A stretch of DNA of 64,000 nt from a virus (lineage: Duplodnaviria; Caudoviricetes): positions 43,910 through 107,909 of IMG/VR virus record IMGVR_UViG_3300015607_003363, one strand, 5' to 3'. A model generated the notes under the pieces. That model saw only the letters and a program-made list of their open reading frames with translations. It was not told where the DNA came from and ran no database searches. Shown here in pieces: positions 10,183-19,748 of the stretch; the first letter of the stretch is position 1, and each line of letters starts with the position of its first letter. Position numbers and translations under genes: made by a program.

Positions 10183-10805
10183 ATGATACTGACATCAGTA
10201 TCATCACTCGGTTTTTAAATGATGACAGAATTGATACGGTCGCATGTTCTCCGGGCCTGTCTGGTAGTTTGATGGCTTTGAAACGCAAGCTTGCAGCTAA
10301 ATTCAAGATTATAGTTCACACCGATTGGGATAATGGTACCTCCAACGGGATAGACAAGTTTATAGGATTTTCTGCTGATGATCTGAATGCCGATGGTTTT
10401 GAAATTCACACCAAGATTTCCAATGACACGATTCAAAAGAACATCGATAGTATCAATGCGGCTTATGATTTTATTGTAGAACAAATCAATCCGGAGGCTT
10501 CGCTTTGTCTGGCGTTTCGACATGATAATAATCTGATTAATAGTGACTTGCTGCGTAAACTGCCTAGGCCGGAAGAATACAGATTCGGCATTGAGCATAA
10601 GCCTCCTACAGTATCGTTTAGCTATCGGACTTATGGTTCTGTTATTGAGAAATTGAAGAATATTATCGGGCCAGAGTATTGTATTAAGATTTGTGGAAAT
10701 ATTGATTCTAAAATCGCCGTATCAACTGTAAACTCCATAGAAGGTAATATTAAGTGTATTTTGAGCGCGAGACAGTTCACAACGTATCTCAAAGACAAGA
10801 GGTGA
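10164..10805 (+). CDS. Degenerate DeoC-like (aldolase TIM-barrel) protein
   Basis: IIVHTDWDNG...DKF...LNADGFEI...IKICGNI parallels DeoC (V.GFP.G...K...GADEID...IKASGG); the Schiff-base Lys is not evident. Confidence 0.4.
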   Translation: MQIDIMNDTDISIITRFLNDDRIDTVACSPGLSGSLMALKRKLAAKFKIIVHTDWDNGTSNGIDKFIGFSADDLNADGFEIHTKISNDTIQKNIDSINAAYDFIVEQINPEASLCLAFRHDNNLINSDLLRKLPRPEEYRFGIEHKPPTVSFSYRTYGSVIEKLKNIIGPEYCIKICGNIDSKIAVSTVNSIEGNIKCILSARQFTTYLKDKR

Positions 10806-10809
10806 CACC

Positions 10810-10959
10810 ATGTCGAATAAGACAACTACACCAAGAATCAGATGCCTCATAAAGAATATTAATCGTCTTCACATGGCATCCGAGGATTTGAAAGCTAGGT
10901 CGCTTATCCGGTCTATTCTCAATAAGAGCAGAAGGCCATCTAAGAAATCTGCGAAATAG
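10810..10959 (+). CDS. Small basic protein (49 aa, MSNKTTTPRIRCLIKNINRL...)
   Basis: GAGGTG RBS and ATG 10810; fills the gap before purZ; below the ORF-track cutoff. Confidence 0.5.
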   Translation: MSNKTTTPRIRCLIKNINRLHMASEDLKARSLIRSILNKSRRPSKKSAK

Positions 10960-10990
10960 GCCACTACCACATAGCCCGGAGAATGTTTCC

Positions 10991-12142
10991 ATGAAGCAAG
11001 GTAAGTTCAATGTTCTGTTTGATTCAGCTTGGGGTAGTAGTGGTAAAGGTGCCGCTGCCGCTAGGCTAGGATCTATTTTTGGGATTGACGCAGCGTCTTC
11101 CAACAATTTCCCAAATGCCGGGCATACTGTCGTAAAAGACGGCGAGAAGTATGTGTTTAAAGTTCTTCCATCGCCAGCCGCCCTATTGAAATCGGCTAGG
11201 AAAGAAATCAAATTGGTGATCGGACCAACTTCTGGTTTCTTCCTTGATCAATTATTTAAAGAAATCAAGCAGGTATCAAAAGATGGTACTGGTAATGATG
11301 TCAGCCTGATTGTTCACAGTAGAGCGTCTATCGTTTCTGACCGACATACGGAAATGGAGTCGCCTAATGGCGACATGTCCACGCTTCATATTTCATCGAC
11401 TATGAGTGGTAGCGGTGCCGCTGCTGCTGAGAAGATGATGCGAAAGAAATCCGCTGTCATTGTTGCCAGTCTGAGAGACGGCGCAAAGACAACGATCTTG
11501 GAGCCTATTGACTTTTATTCTTATATTAGAAGTATGATTATAGAAAACCAGAAAATATGGCTTCATGAAGTATCGCAGGGCTGGGCGTTGTCTCTGAATT
11601 GCGGAACTCACTATCCGACATGCACATTCAGAGACTGTACACCACAACAGGCATATGCTGACATGTGCATTACGCCAGATATGATTGGCGATGTCTACAT
11701 GAATATCAGGTCGTTTCCTATTCGAGTGGGAAATAACTATGATGGCCAGAATATAGTTGGATATTCTGGTGATTTTCTCCATGATCAGAAGGAAATGACG
11801 TGGGAGGAAGTCGGCCATGGTGCGGAAATGCCACCAGATTATATAGCGAAGTTGGCCGAAAATGAGAGGACGACTGTGACGAAAAAGATTAGGCGCGTAG
11901 CCACTCAATCGTGGAAGCTAGTGGCGAATAGTGCAAAACTTTCGGGCGCGACTAAATTGATTTTGAATTTCCCTCAATATATCCATTTCTCGGCACTGAG
12001 TGTCAGAGGAGGTATTTCTGACTTTAAGAAAATGCATCATAAAATTCATGAATATGTTGATAAATTACAGACTATTACCAATCTGCCGGTGGTCATGATC
12101 GGTACTGGTGCCGACCATGACGATTTTGTGTGGCTGGTGTAA
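10991..12142 (+). CDS. purZ: PurZ-type N6-succino-2-amino-2'-deoxyadenylate synthase (PurA paralogue)
   Basis: WGSSGKG (Ser replaces the PurA Asp of GDEGKG), PNAGHT, YPTCTFRDCT, PIRVG, SG...DQKEMTWEE, TTVTKKIRRV, LNF.QY in place of PurA TKLD. Confidence 0.85.
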   Translation: MKQGKFNVLFDSAWGSSGKGAAAARLGSIFGIDAASSNNFPNAGHTVVKDGEKYVFKVLPSPAALLKSARKEIKLVIGPTSGFFLDQLFKEIKQVSKDGTGNDVSLIVHSRASIVSDRHTEMESPNGDMSTLHISSTMSGSGAAAAEKMMRKKSAVIVASLRDGAKTTILEPIDFYSYIRSMIIENQKIWLHEVSQGWALSLNCGTHYPTCTFRDCTPQQAYADMCITPDMIGDVYMNIRSFPIRVGNNYDGQNIVGYSGDFLHDQKEMTWEEVGHGAEMPPDYIAKLAENERTTVTKKIRRVATQSWKLVANSAKLSGATKLILNFPQYIHFSALSVRGGISDFKKMHHKIHEYVDKLQTITNLPVVMIGTGADHDDFVWLV

Positions 12143-12179
12143 ATATAGTATAACAACAGTTACAAAGAAGGTGCGTGTA

Positions 12180-13808
12180 GTGGCAGAAGCTAAGCGTGAT
12201 ATTGCTTTGTATGTTGGATTTGAAAATGATCCGATAATTATTGATTTTGTCAGTGGTATGACACGTCGTGCATTAGGCGATAAGTATAAGAAATCACACC
12301 GTGCCATAGAGTCTTATATTAGAAGAAGAAGAGTTAATGATGTTGCTGATGTAGTACAGTTACATGATAAAGAATGGTTGACTGGTAAGTTGTCAGATGG
12401 GTGGACTTTAAATCAGATAGCCGAGTCATTAAAAGTTCATAGGGAACATGTTAGAAAGGCTATCAAATCTCATCAAATTGATATTTATAAAGTGTTTCAG
12501 ATGAGAGCCAGTAAGATATCAGGCAGGACATTATCATATAGCAGTGTCAAGGAATTATATGATAGTAAAAAGTCAACTATTGATATAGCTAGATATTTCG
12601 GTTTTTCTGGTGACAGTGTTATCCGTGATTTTATGAGGAAGAATGGTATAATTATTAGAAAGAATGGTGAGCACCAAATAAAACATGACAATCCAAAACA
12701 ATTATTAGCTCAATTGTCTGATCGATCTGTCATGCATAGACTGTATGTTGAGCAAGAGTTGTCTTCGACTGATATTGCTGATCGGCTTGGCTGTAATGGT
12801 GTGTTGGTGCAACGATGGTTGCGCAGGCATAAATTTAAGATCAGACACCATTCTGACTATTGGGCTAGGCGTAAGATCGGTGAATTACATCAATCATTCA
12901 TAAACTTGTTAAATAATTATTCTGTTAAGCATCAGACGTGTTTCGTATATTCTGGGCGTTATAATGGGAAGAATAGGGTATTTGAAATCGATGAATACCT
13001 GCCTGATCTGAAAGTTTTCATAGAAGTTAATGGCGATCATTGGCATGGTATTTCTAGAAGACACTGGAAATATCAAAGAGTTAGAAACAAATTATGGTCT
13101 GATTTGATTAAATATTTATGCGTTACACGAGACTATCCAGATCACAGATTTATATACGTTACAGACAATAACGTAACAGATGCATTCGTTTCGAGGCTTG
13201 CTGGAACTGCGAAATCTGAATATGCCAGTATTGATAGGCAGAATTTTAATATAGACCAATGCTCGTATGCCGATACTGCTCAATTTTTGATTGACAATCA
13301 CTATTTAGGTCCTACTAAAGGTAGAAGATATTATAGATTAATGGTCGGTGGTAGCACGGCGGCTATTGCCGTTGTTGCTTCCCCGACTAGAGCAGAGATA
13401 AAATTGAGTACCGGCCAGGAATGTCTTGAAATAACGCGATTGGCATCTTCAGATATTGGGCAAAATGGTCTGAGTTACTTTTTGGCAAGAGTGCTTCGTA
13501 ACGAGGCGCGGATTAATGATGCTGCTGGTATTGTGTCATTTGCCGACCAGAGTCCATTGTACAAACAACAGCATTGGGGGACTATATATAGAGCGTGTAA
13601 TTTTAAATTGATTTCAAGAACCGGATGGAATTATCGGTATTATAATTGTGATACTGATGAATTGATTCATAAGAAGACTATTTATAATCGTGCTGTTAAA
13701 TTGGATATGACTGAGTCAGAGTTTGTTAAAATTAATAGCCTCCACAAAATTCCTGAATGGCCTAAATTAAAATATGAGTATCTATTTGATCGATGTGGTC
13801 CGCATTAA
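12180..13808 (+). CDS. 3x HTH + Vsr/DUF559-like endonuclease + Mom-like GNAT fusion
   Basis: Three HTH repeats; FEIDEYLPDLKVFIEVNGDHWHG; NHYLG...LEITRLAS...IVSFADQ...HWGTIYRACNF. The start is uncertain (12171, 12180 or 12258). Confidence 0.72.
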   Translation: MAEAKRDIALYVGFENDPIIIDFVSGMTRRALGDKYKKSHRAIESYIRRRRVNDVADVVQLHDKEWLTGKLSDGWTLNQIAESLKVHREHVRKAIKSHQIDIYKVFQMRASKISGRTLSYSSVKELYDSKKSTIDIARYFGFSGDSVIRDFMRKNGIIIRKNGEHQIKHDNPKQLLAQLSDRSVMHRLYVEQELSSTDIADRLGCNGVLVQRWLRRHKFKIRHHSDYWARRKIGELHQSFINLLNNYSVKHQTCFVYSGRYNGKNRVFEIDEYLPDLKVFIEVNGDHWHGISRRHWKYQRVRNKLWSDLIKYLCVTRDYPDHRFIYVTDNNVTDAFVSRLAGTAKSEYASIDRQNFNIDQCSYADTAQFLIDNHYLGPTKGRRYYRLMVGGSTAAIAVVASPTRAEIKLSTGQECLEITRLASSDIGQNGLSYFLARVLRNEARINDAAGIVSFADQSPLYKQQHWGTIYRACNFKLISRTGWNYRYYNCDTDELIHKKTIYNRAVKLDMTESEFVKINSLHKIPEWPKLKYEYLFDRCGPH

Positions 13809-13866
13809 TCGGCTGGTCGATAGTATTATACTAGTGTAGGATTGCACTACACTTAGGAGATAGCCG

Positions 13867-14460
13867 ATGTCTGCCGAGATCGTTAATCAGTATGATGAGA
13901 AGTTGACTGCACTTGGCCTGACACCTGACAAGGTCGTTTTCTTTTTGAATAATGATCTTGTCAAGGTGCCATGCACTGTACATGGGCTTGGTAAGAATGG
14001 ATGCTTTTCTGTTCTCTTTGAGGAAGGAAGCGAATTGCAGGAAGTGCACTCTTCGCGAATCGTCTTCGATGCCTCTGCCATATATGTAAAGCCAAAGGTG
14101 GTCAAGGAGGCACAAGAGCCGAAGGCCAAGCATGCCCCTGTCAAGGTGGTTTGCCAGTTTAGCATCGATGATTTCGTTTTGGCTTTTCCTAAGGCTCGGT
14201 TGTATAGCCGAGTTGCTGAGAAATTCGATCACGAAGGCTTCAGTGTTTTGTCGCATGTGGCCATTCTCGACGATAATACCAAGGCCAATTTCAATTCGTA
14301 CAACGGCATTATCTATGGTAAGCTTAGTGCCGATGAACATACCAGACTTACCAACGGCGAATGGATTAAATTGACCTCGTCAATTAAGGATCTTGCCAAG
14401 TTAGAGAACAAGCTCGTTGAGGGGCAATATGTCAGACATGGTGAAAAGTCAAAATCCTGA
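13867..14460 (+). CDS. Hypothetical protein
   Basis: AGGAG RBS; 197 aa. Confidence 0.75.
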   Translation: MSAEIVNQYDEKLTALGLTPDKVVFFLNNDLVKVPCTVHGLGKNGCFSVLFEEGSELQEVHSSRIVFDASAIYVKPKVVKEAQEPKAKHAPVKVVCQFSIDDFVLAFPKARLYSRVAEKFDHEGFSVLSHVAILDDNTKANFNSYNGIIYGKLSADEHTRLTNGEWIKLTSSIKDLAKLENKLVEGQYVRHGEKSKS

Positions 14461-14704
14461 GCCGATTATAAAGGCTTCTCTGGATTTCATGACTAGACTG
14501 AATGTGATTTCCAATAAGGAATTAAGGAAATCACTTCAGTCTGAGTTCGTTAAGATATTAGATATGGCATTGGCTAACTTCTCACAATATATAGAAATTA
14601 TACAACGAGCCGATGATCTTATGGCGGATTTGTCATTAGAATCGACTAAGACTGCATTTGATATAGAGTGCCAAGTGCGAGAAATCGAGAGTGACAGTAA
14701 ATAA
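14429..14704 (+). CDS. Hypothetical helical protein
   Basis: GAGGGG RBS before ATG 14429. Confidence 0.6.
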   Translation: MSDMVKSQNPEPIIKASLDFMTRLNVISNKELRKSLQSEFVKILDMALANFSQYIEIIQRADDLMADLSLESTKTAFDIECQVREIESDSK

Positions 14705-14725
14705 TCCGTCTATTGGAGTTAGTAG

Positions 14726-15796
14726 ATGGATTATGCAAAGTACAAGGCCATTCAGGCCGGTGGTGCTACAGATCGTTTCAATCTGATGAAAGCAACACTC
14801 TGCGAATCTGGACGGGTTAGCACAATCAAGAATAATAAAGTGGTTGTGTTTGGTGGGCATGGTTTCGTTGGAAAGAACCTTCTTAATTACCTATCCGGAA
14901 GATTTTATTTATCCGGAAGATATCGGGTTTTCGCTCCATCTAGAATTGAGTGCGACTGTTTTTCCTTGGATGAGTGTGTCGAATATATTTCAACGATCCA
15001 GCCCGGTTATGTCGTCAATTTAGCTGCTTTTGTCGGCGGGATTGGTTTAAATAAAGCTTACCCGTTCACTATGGGTATGACCAACGCCAGTATTTGTTTG
15101 AATGTTTTGAATGCTATTATGCAACAGAGTCATGGTAGTCCAAAGCTGATTCAAGTCGGTACTGTGTGCATGTATCCTTGTGTGCCGACGACTATTCCCT
15201 TCAAGGAAGAAGAAATCTGGAATGGAATTCCGGAGATCACCAATGCTCCTTATGGACTGGCGAAGAAGTTCGTCGGGTATCTTGCCAAATGTGCTAACAT
15301 GGAACACGGATTAAATGTAGTCAATTTGATTCCAACTAATATGTATGGTGAGCATGATGACTTCAGTGATAACGCAAGCCATGTTATTCCAGCAATGATA
15401 AAGAAAATCTATCTGGCCAATCGGGACAAGACCGAGCTTGTCTTATGGGGTGATGGTTCGCCGACTAGGGAATTCCTTTTTGTCGATGATTTTTGCCATG
15501 CGATTCTGGCGGCAATTGAGACTGATGATGCTGTGGCTAATTCTGGCGAGTTTATCAATATTGGAAGTGGATATGAAGTGCGTATGAACGATCTGGTAAA
15601 AATGATTATTGATGAATTTGGCTATGATGATATGGTTGTGCAATGGGATAAGTCAAAGCCTAATGGCCAGCCAAGAAGAGCCATCGATACGAGTCGGGCT
15701 AAGGAGCTATTGAATTTTCAGGCCCGGACGGAATTTAAAGCTGGATTAAATCAGACTATCAACTGGTTTAAGCACAATATAGCCCCTTTGCTTTAA
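14726..15796 (+). CDS. fcl: GDP-L-fucose synthase
   Basis: GGHGFVG, NLAAFVGGIG, GTVCMYP, PYGLAKK, PTNMYG, SHVIPA, WGDGSPTREF, KPNGQPRR. Confidence 0.9.
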   Translation: MDYAKYKAIQAGGATDRFNLMKATLCESGRVSTIKNNKVVVFGGHGFVGKNLLNYLSGRFYLSGRYRVFAPSRIECDCFSLDECVEYISTIQPGYVVNLAAFVGGIGLNKAYPFTMGMTNASICLNVLNAIMQQSHGSPKLIQVGTVCMYPCVPTTIPFKEEEIWNGIPEITNAPYGLAKKFVGYLAKCANMEHGLNVVNLIPTNMYGEHDDFSDNASHVIPAMIKKIYLANRDKTELVLWGDGSPTREFLFVDDFCHAILAAIETDDAVANSGEFINIGSGYEVRMNDLVKMIIDEFGYDDMVVQWDKSKPNGQPRRAIDTSRAKELLNFQARTEFKAGLNQTINWFKHNIAPLL

Positions 15797-15847
15797 TGTT
15801 AATTCGAATGTTAATTTAAAATTACGATTAACATTCAAAGGTGATAG

Positions 15848-16636
15848 ATGCACACACCGCTTTTTCGATCGCTAGCATTCAAGAATAGATCATTCTGGTC
15901 TGTGTTTGCTATTCGAATGCTTTCTCCTATGAGTCTTCCTGTCGGGTGTCGTGATTTGACATCTGTTATCTATGATTCCTCGAAGCAATTATCTCCGGCG
16001 TATTTTAATCAGAATGCCGACCAGATCAATTATGATAAAATAGTCCGGTATGCACTAGATGTATCCAAGACTTTACTTGTTGATTTTTTGGATGGCGAAT
16101 CGTTGAGTTACTATGAATACTTTGAGATCAATGAGAGCCTGATTGAATTTTTTGTGAAGATTCATATTGCCAATGCTAATGTATGGGACAATGAAGATCC
16201 GTGTCGCCAGTATACTGGCACCGGTGATCTGAGTCATATTCCTAAATGCAAACAGGGAATTGATATAGCTAATCAGAGACGAAATGATCTGGTCGAAAAA
16301 TGTGATGATGTATTTTGTGCGTCAATTGCCACTTATGGGCTTCCGATAGATCGAAATGCCCGTCTGGCATCTGAAGGCCTTGGATCGCTCTTAGATCGTA
16401 TGAGCATAAATTCATTAAAGTTGTATCATACGACACTCTTAACACACGAAAAACAAGGTGATATGAGAGACAAGTTAATAGGGAAAATCGGTGCGATTAT
16501 AAATCAAAATATGATGCTTGCCACTCAATGCGATAATATGATCTATGATATGCTACATGGCAACTTGACATATATCAAGTTCAAGCAATATAAGCTGTAT
16601 AATTCGGCAGATACTAATTCACATTATCAGCGATAG
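15848..16636 (+). CDS. DUF4254-family protein with N-terminal extension
   Basis: WDNED..R, IDIANQRRNDLVE, SEGLGSLLDRMSI..LK.YH, KQYKLYN. Confidence 0.7.
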   Translation: MHTPLFRSLAFKNRSFWSVFAIRMLSPMSLPVGCRDLTSVIYDSSKQLSPAYFNQNADQINYDKIVRYALDVSKTLLVDFLDGESLSYYEYFEINESLIEFFVKIHIANANVWDNEDPCRQYTGTGDLSHIPKCKQGIDIANQRRNDLVEKCDDVFCASIATYGLPIDRNARLASEGLGSLLDRMSINSLKLYHTTLLTHEKQGDMRDKLIGKIGAIINQNMMLATQCDNMIYDMLHGNLTYIKFKQYKLYNSADTNSHYQR

Positions 16637-16638
16637 TA

Positions 16639-17553
16639 TTGTCTCATTTTCTACGGAGACAGAATGTGAAACTGGCATTTATTCAGGTGGCTTCGTGGGG
16701 TGACTGCTGTAATTCGACGATGATGTTCCGCCCGTTGCTGAACAAATACGTTGGTGCTCAGCTGCATGTTTTCACATCTATTCCATATCAGTCGGCTTTT
16801 CTCAATAATCCGCTTATTACGGCTATTCATGCTTCGCCTGCTGCTGGTAAGCATGAAGCATTTAGCTTATACGATACTCTACCTGATCAAGTTCGTAAAA
16901 TGGGCATATTTGACAAGATCTATTGCCCGGCTCCGATTTTGATGGGAGGTCGTCGTAATAGCCTTAGACATCCAGAAGTAGGAGAGAATCTATGGTGCTC
17001 ATTCTGGAGAGCCTTGGAGGAAGATGATGTGCCATATGAGATTCCGTTGTTGGCCGAGATCACGCTGACTGTTATGGAGCAGGCCTCAGCTAAATACTTT
17101 CTTAGTCAGATGCAGAAGCCAAAGGCTGGTAAAAAGAGAGTGTTAATGGAATGCTATGCCGAAAGCGGTCAGACATATTGGAATGAGCAGTGGATGGATC
17201 AGGTCGCCAGACTATTATTAGATCAGGGTCATCAGGTTATCTTGAGCAATAAAAGCTCCACTAAGGCTATCAGTGCCTTAGTCAAAGCAGGGGCGATCTT
17301 GGTGACTCTACCACTTCGTGAGTGCATTGAGATCTTTAATCACTCTGATATGTTTATTAGTATTAGTAGTGGATTCTGCAATGCATGTCGGTCAACTGCG
17401 GCTACTAAATCTGATGGTATATGGCTTGAGGCTGTTAATAGCCCGACAGTATCTAGTCGGACTCTGGTGAGAAAGGGTGCGACCGGAGTCAACGAATTCT
17501 ATTATGAAAACGACTTAAAGGGCTTTCTTAGGCTAGTCAGGAAACATGTCTAA
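16639..17553 (+). CDS. GT9 (heptosyltransferase-like) glycosyltransferase
   Basis: WGDCCNST...L.NNP.I; LPLRECIEIFNHSDMFISISSG; adjacent to DUF4254. Confidence 0.65.
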   Translation: MSHFLRRQNVKLAFIQVASWGDCCNSTMMFRPLLNKYVGAQLHVFTSIPYQSAFLNNPLITAIHASPAAGKHEAFSLYDTLPDQVRKMGIFDKIYCPAPILMGGRRNSLRHPEVGENLWCSFWRALEEDDVPYEIPLLAEITLTVMEQASAKYFLSQMQKPKAGKKRVLMECYAESGQTYWNEQWMDQVARLLLDQGHQVILSNKSSTKAISALVKAGAILVTLPLRECIEIFNHSDMFISISSGFCNACRSTAATKSDGIWLEAVNSPTVSSRTLVRKGATGVNEFYYENDLKGFLRLVRKHV

Positions 17554-17750
17554 TGAGAACTTATTTCAATCGTGCTGGTCTTATTTGTTTTTGCTGGGGA
17601 GAGCATTGTTCTCCTCGTGGCTCTTACAATTTGCACTTTTTTGTGAAACCTGCTCATTGGGTCTGGGGGAAGCGCATAGACTTGTATGGTGGGTCTTTAA
17701 CTTTAACGCATTATGGTTGTGGTCCATTGTTTCTTCTGGTCCATTGTTGA
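17553..17750 (+). CDS. Small hypothetical protein
   Basis: TAATG coupling to the upstream gene. Confidence 0.4.
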   Translation: MRTYFNRAGLICFCWGEHCSPRGSYNLHFFVKPAHWVWGKRIDLYGGSLTLTHYGCGPLFLLVHC

Positions 17751-17785
17751 GTGCGAAATATTGGTGATGTATTGACGATGCTCGC

Positions 17786-18934
17786 TTAGCCTATTATGAT
17801 CTTCCATCTGCAAGTGACGGTAAAAGCACTGTTTTTGCGGATGATTGGTGATGTGATTCTGTGGGCTACTATTTTATGGCCTTCTCTATAGACTCCAATA
17901 GTTCCACTGATTGGGACGTTACCTAGACTTGTGGGGATTCTATCCAGTGTCAGATCGTGACCTCCGGTCGATTTGCTAATTACCATGTAGAAGTCATTTG
18001 GTTGTGTGCCAATCCCATCGGCATCATTTGTACCACCGGACGCTACTATTTGAATTTGATCGCCTTCTTTTATAATGGTGGCGTAGCTACTCATCTCTGA
18101 TGTTAATGAGATAGTGTCGGTGCCGTTGGCAGTTGCTATCAGCGGTATTTGATTGGTTTGGCCTTGTCTGAATATGACTCTAGGGTCGCATTCGCAGGCT
18201 CCGGGCAGATCTATTTCTCGTGCTGCTACTAGTGCTACTTCCGATATATCAAAGTAGTCGTTGGTCGAATTGCCAAATCCATTATACTCATCTAATCTGA
18301 GTGTTGTCTCTATGAACATGATGTTATTGATGGCTCGAACATCATCATTGTTCAGTGGATTACCGGCTGGTTGATAACTTGGTTCGAAGAATACTCGTTC
18401 GATTCTTTTTAGTGGTCTGTCTGGGTCGGCAATGGGAATAGGGTTGATAAGACCGCCGTTGAAAGCAGCACCGGGGCTAAGTTGATTTGGTTTGAAGGAG
18501 TTGGTTGTGCTGTCGTAGTAATAGAAGCGAGTATCGCTGGTTCCTATCGGCTGGTTATTGTCATCGAATGAAGCACCGAACCATATGTATCTGGGGACGA
18601 ATTCGTCGATATCAATGCCGATGTCAACCCAGTCTCCTGCACCTGTGCCGCCGATTGGGTCCCATACTCTGGGAGGTGTGATTCTGTGTGGTATGACTTC
18701 TTTCATACCGATTTTGATTATGTTGTGGTCTTCCAGAACATCTATTACATTGCCTAGCTTGTCTTTGATGATGAAGGATACGCTGCCTTTCATCTCTTTG
18801 GTGTTATGAATTTCTGGTAGTGTTACATTGCTCATATCTGGCACTCTGGTGTTTCTCAGTATGTTTACGTCATTACTATATATGCTGATGAAGCTAAAGT
18901 AACCGTTTGATGGAGATGGAACGATTATGTACAA
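17786..18934 (-). CDS. Probable virion (baseplate/tail-fibre attachment) protein
   Basis: EDHNII...ISEVALV...IVAHRITSPIIRKNSAFTVTCRWKI resembles tail-collar/fibre N-terminal domains; the start is uncertain. Confidence 0.55.
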   Translation of the reverse strand: MYIIVPSPSNGYFSFISIYSNDVNILRNTRVPDMSNVTLPEIHNTKEMKGSVSFIIKDKLGNVIDVLEDHNIIKIGMKEVIPHRITPPRVWDPIGGTGAGDWVDIGIDIDEFVPRYIWFGASFDDNNQPIGTSDTRFYYYDSTTNSFKPNQLSPGAAFNGGLINPIPIADPDRPLKRIERVFFEPSYQPAGNPLNNDDVRAINNIMFIETTLRLDEYNGFGNSTNDYFDISEVALVAAREIDLPGACECDPRVIFRQGQTNQIPLIATANGTDTISLTSEMSSYATIIKEGDQIQIVASGGTNDADGIGTQPNDFYMVISKSTGGHDLTLDRIPTSLGNVPISGTIGVYREGHKIVAHRITSPIIRKNSAFTVTCRWKIIIG

Positions 18935-19163
18935 TATTTCAACAGTTGATGGTGAAGGGATTCAGGTATATCGCCAATATCCTGTAATCGCAGGATATGT
19001 TCAGGTTCCGCCTGTTCTTATAAAGGATAGAAACAGGTTGACACTTAGTCAGGTCTTGGCTGATTATCCTGAGGCTGAAACGATAAAATTGGGGAATCGA
19101 TCAAACACTTATGTTCGAATCCCGCTGGCAATAATTGATCCTGATGGGACTCTGAGTCTATAG
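18927..19163 (+). CDS. Hypothetical protein
   Basis: GGAG upstream; 78 aa. Confidence 0.5.
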   Translation: MYNISTVDGEGIQVYRQYPVIAGYVQVPPVLIKDRNRLTLSQVLADYPEAETIKLGNRSNTYVRIPLAIIDPDGTLSL

Positions 19164-19192
19164 GCACTGCCACTTGATTGGCTGATAGAGAT

Positions 19193-19669
19193 TCACGAGC
19201 CTGAACTCCCAAATCCATTTAACCCTCTTGTACTAGGAGGTAGTTCATCGACTTCGACACATGGAAAATTATATGTTTTAGAAATTATTAGTTGTGCTAA
19301 TCTTTGTCCGTGTTTTATGATAACGGGAAATGAATTTGAATTATGGACTTGAATTAATAATTCTGCGCGGTACTCATCTATTATCCCTTCAATTACTCGC
19401 AATCTGTATTTTTTCTCAGTGCTGCTTCTATGTACTATTCTACCCCAATAGCCAGCGGGGAACGCTGCGCAAATACCTGTATGCAATATAACGCGGTTAT
19501 CTGGGAAAATAGACAAACCACCTTCGAGTTCCTCTGATTTTGATAAGACTATTGGTAAGTCGATACCAGCGTCGCCGTCGTAGGCGCGTTTTATCAGGCC
19601 CAGTTTTTTAGCCGATCTACCATACTCATCGTCTGTGTATTTGATAAGTATGCTGTTGTTGATATCCAT
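19193..19669 (-). CDS. dut: Trimeric dUTPase
   Basis: DAGIDL, RSS, GIIDEYR, GQRLAQL, RGLNGFGSSG. Confidence 0.93.
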   Translation of the reverse strand: MDINNSILIKYTDDEYGRSAKKLGLIKRAYDGDAGIDLPIVLSKSEELEGGLSIFPDNRVILHTGICAAFPAGYWGRIVHRSSTEKKYRLRVIEGIIDEYRAELLIQVHNSNSFPVIIKHGQRLAQLIISKTYNFPCVEVDELPPSTRGLNGFGSSGS

Positions 19670-19748
19670 AGCATCTCCAGTTGATTAGCAACTTAATACT
19701 GGTCTAGTATTCCGTGATAAAATATAGTAAGTTTTAACATGGTGAGCT

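Noticed and set aside
10991-12142. Ordinary adenylosuccinate synthetase (purA) as an auxiliary metabolic gene
   Set aside because: It lacks the GDEGKG Asp and the TKLD guanine-specificity motif; the residues match the PurZ pattern.
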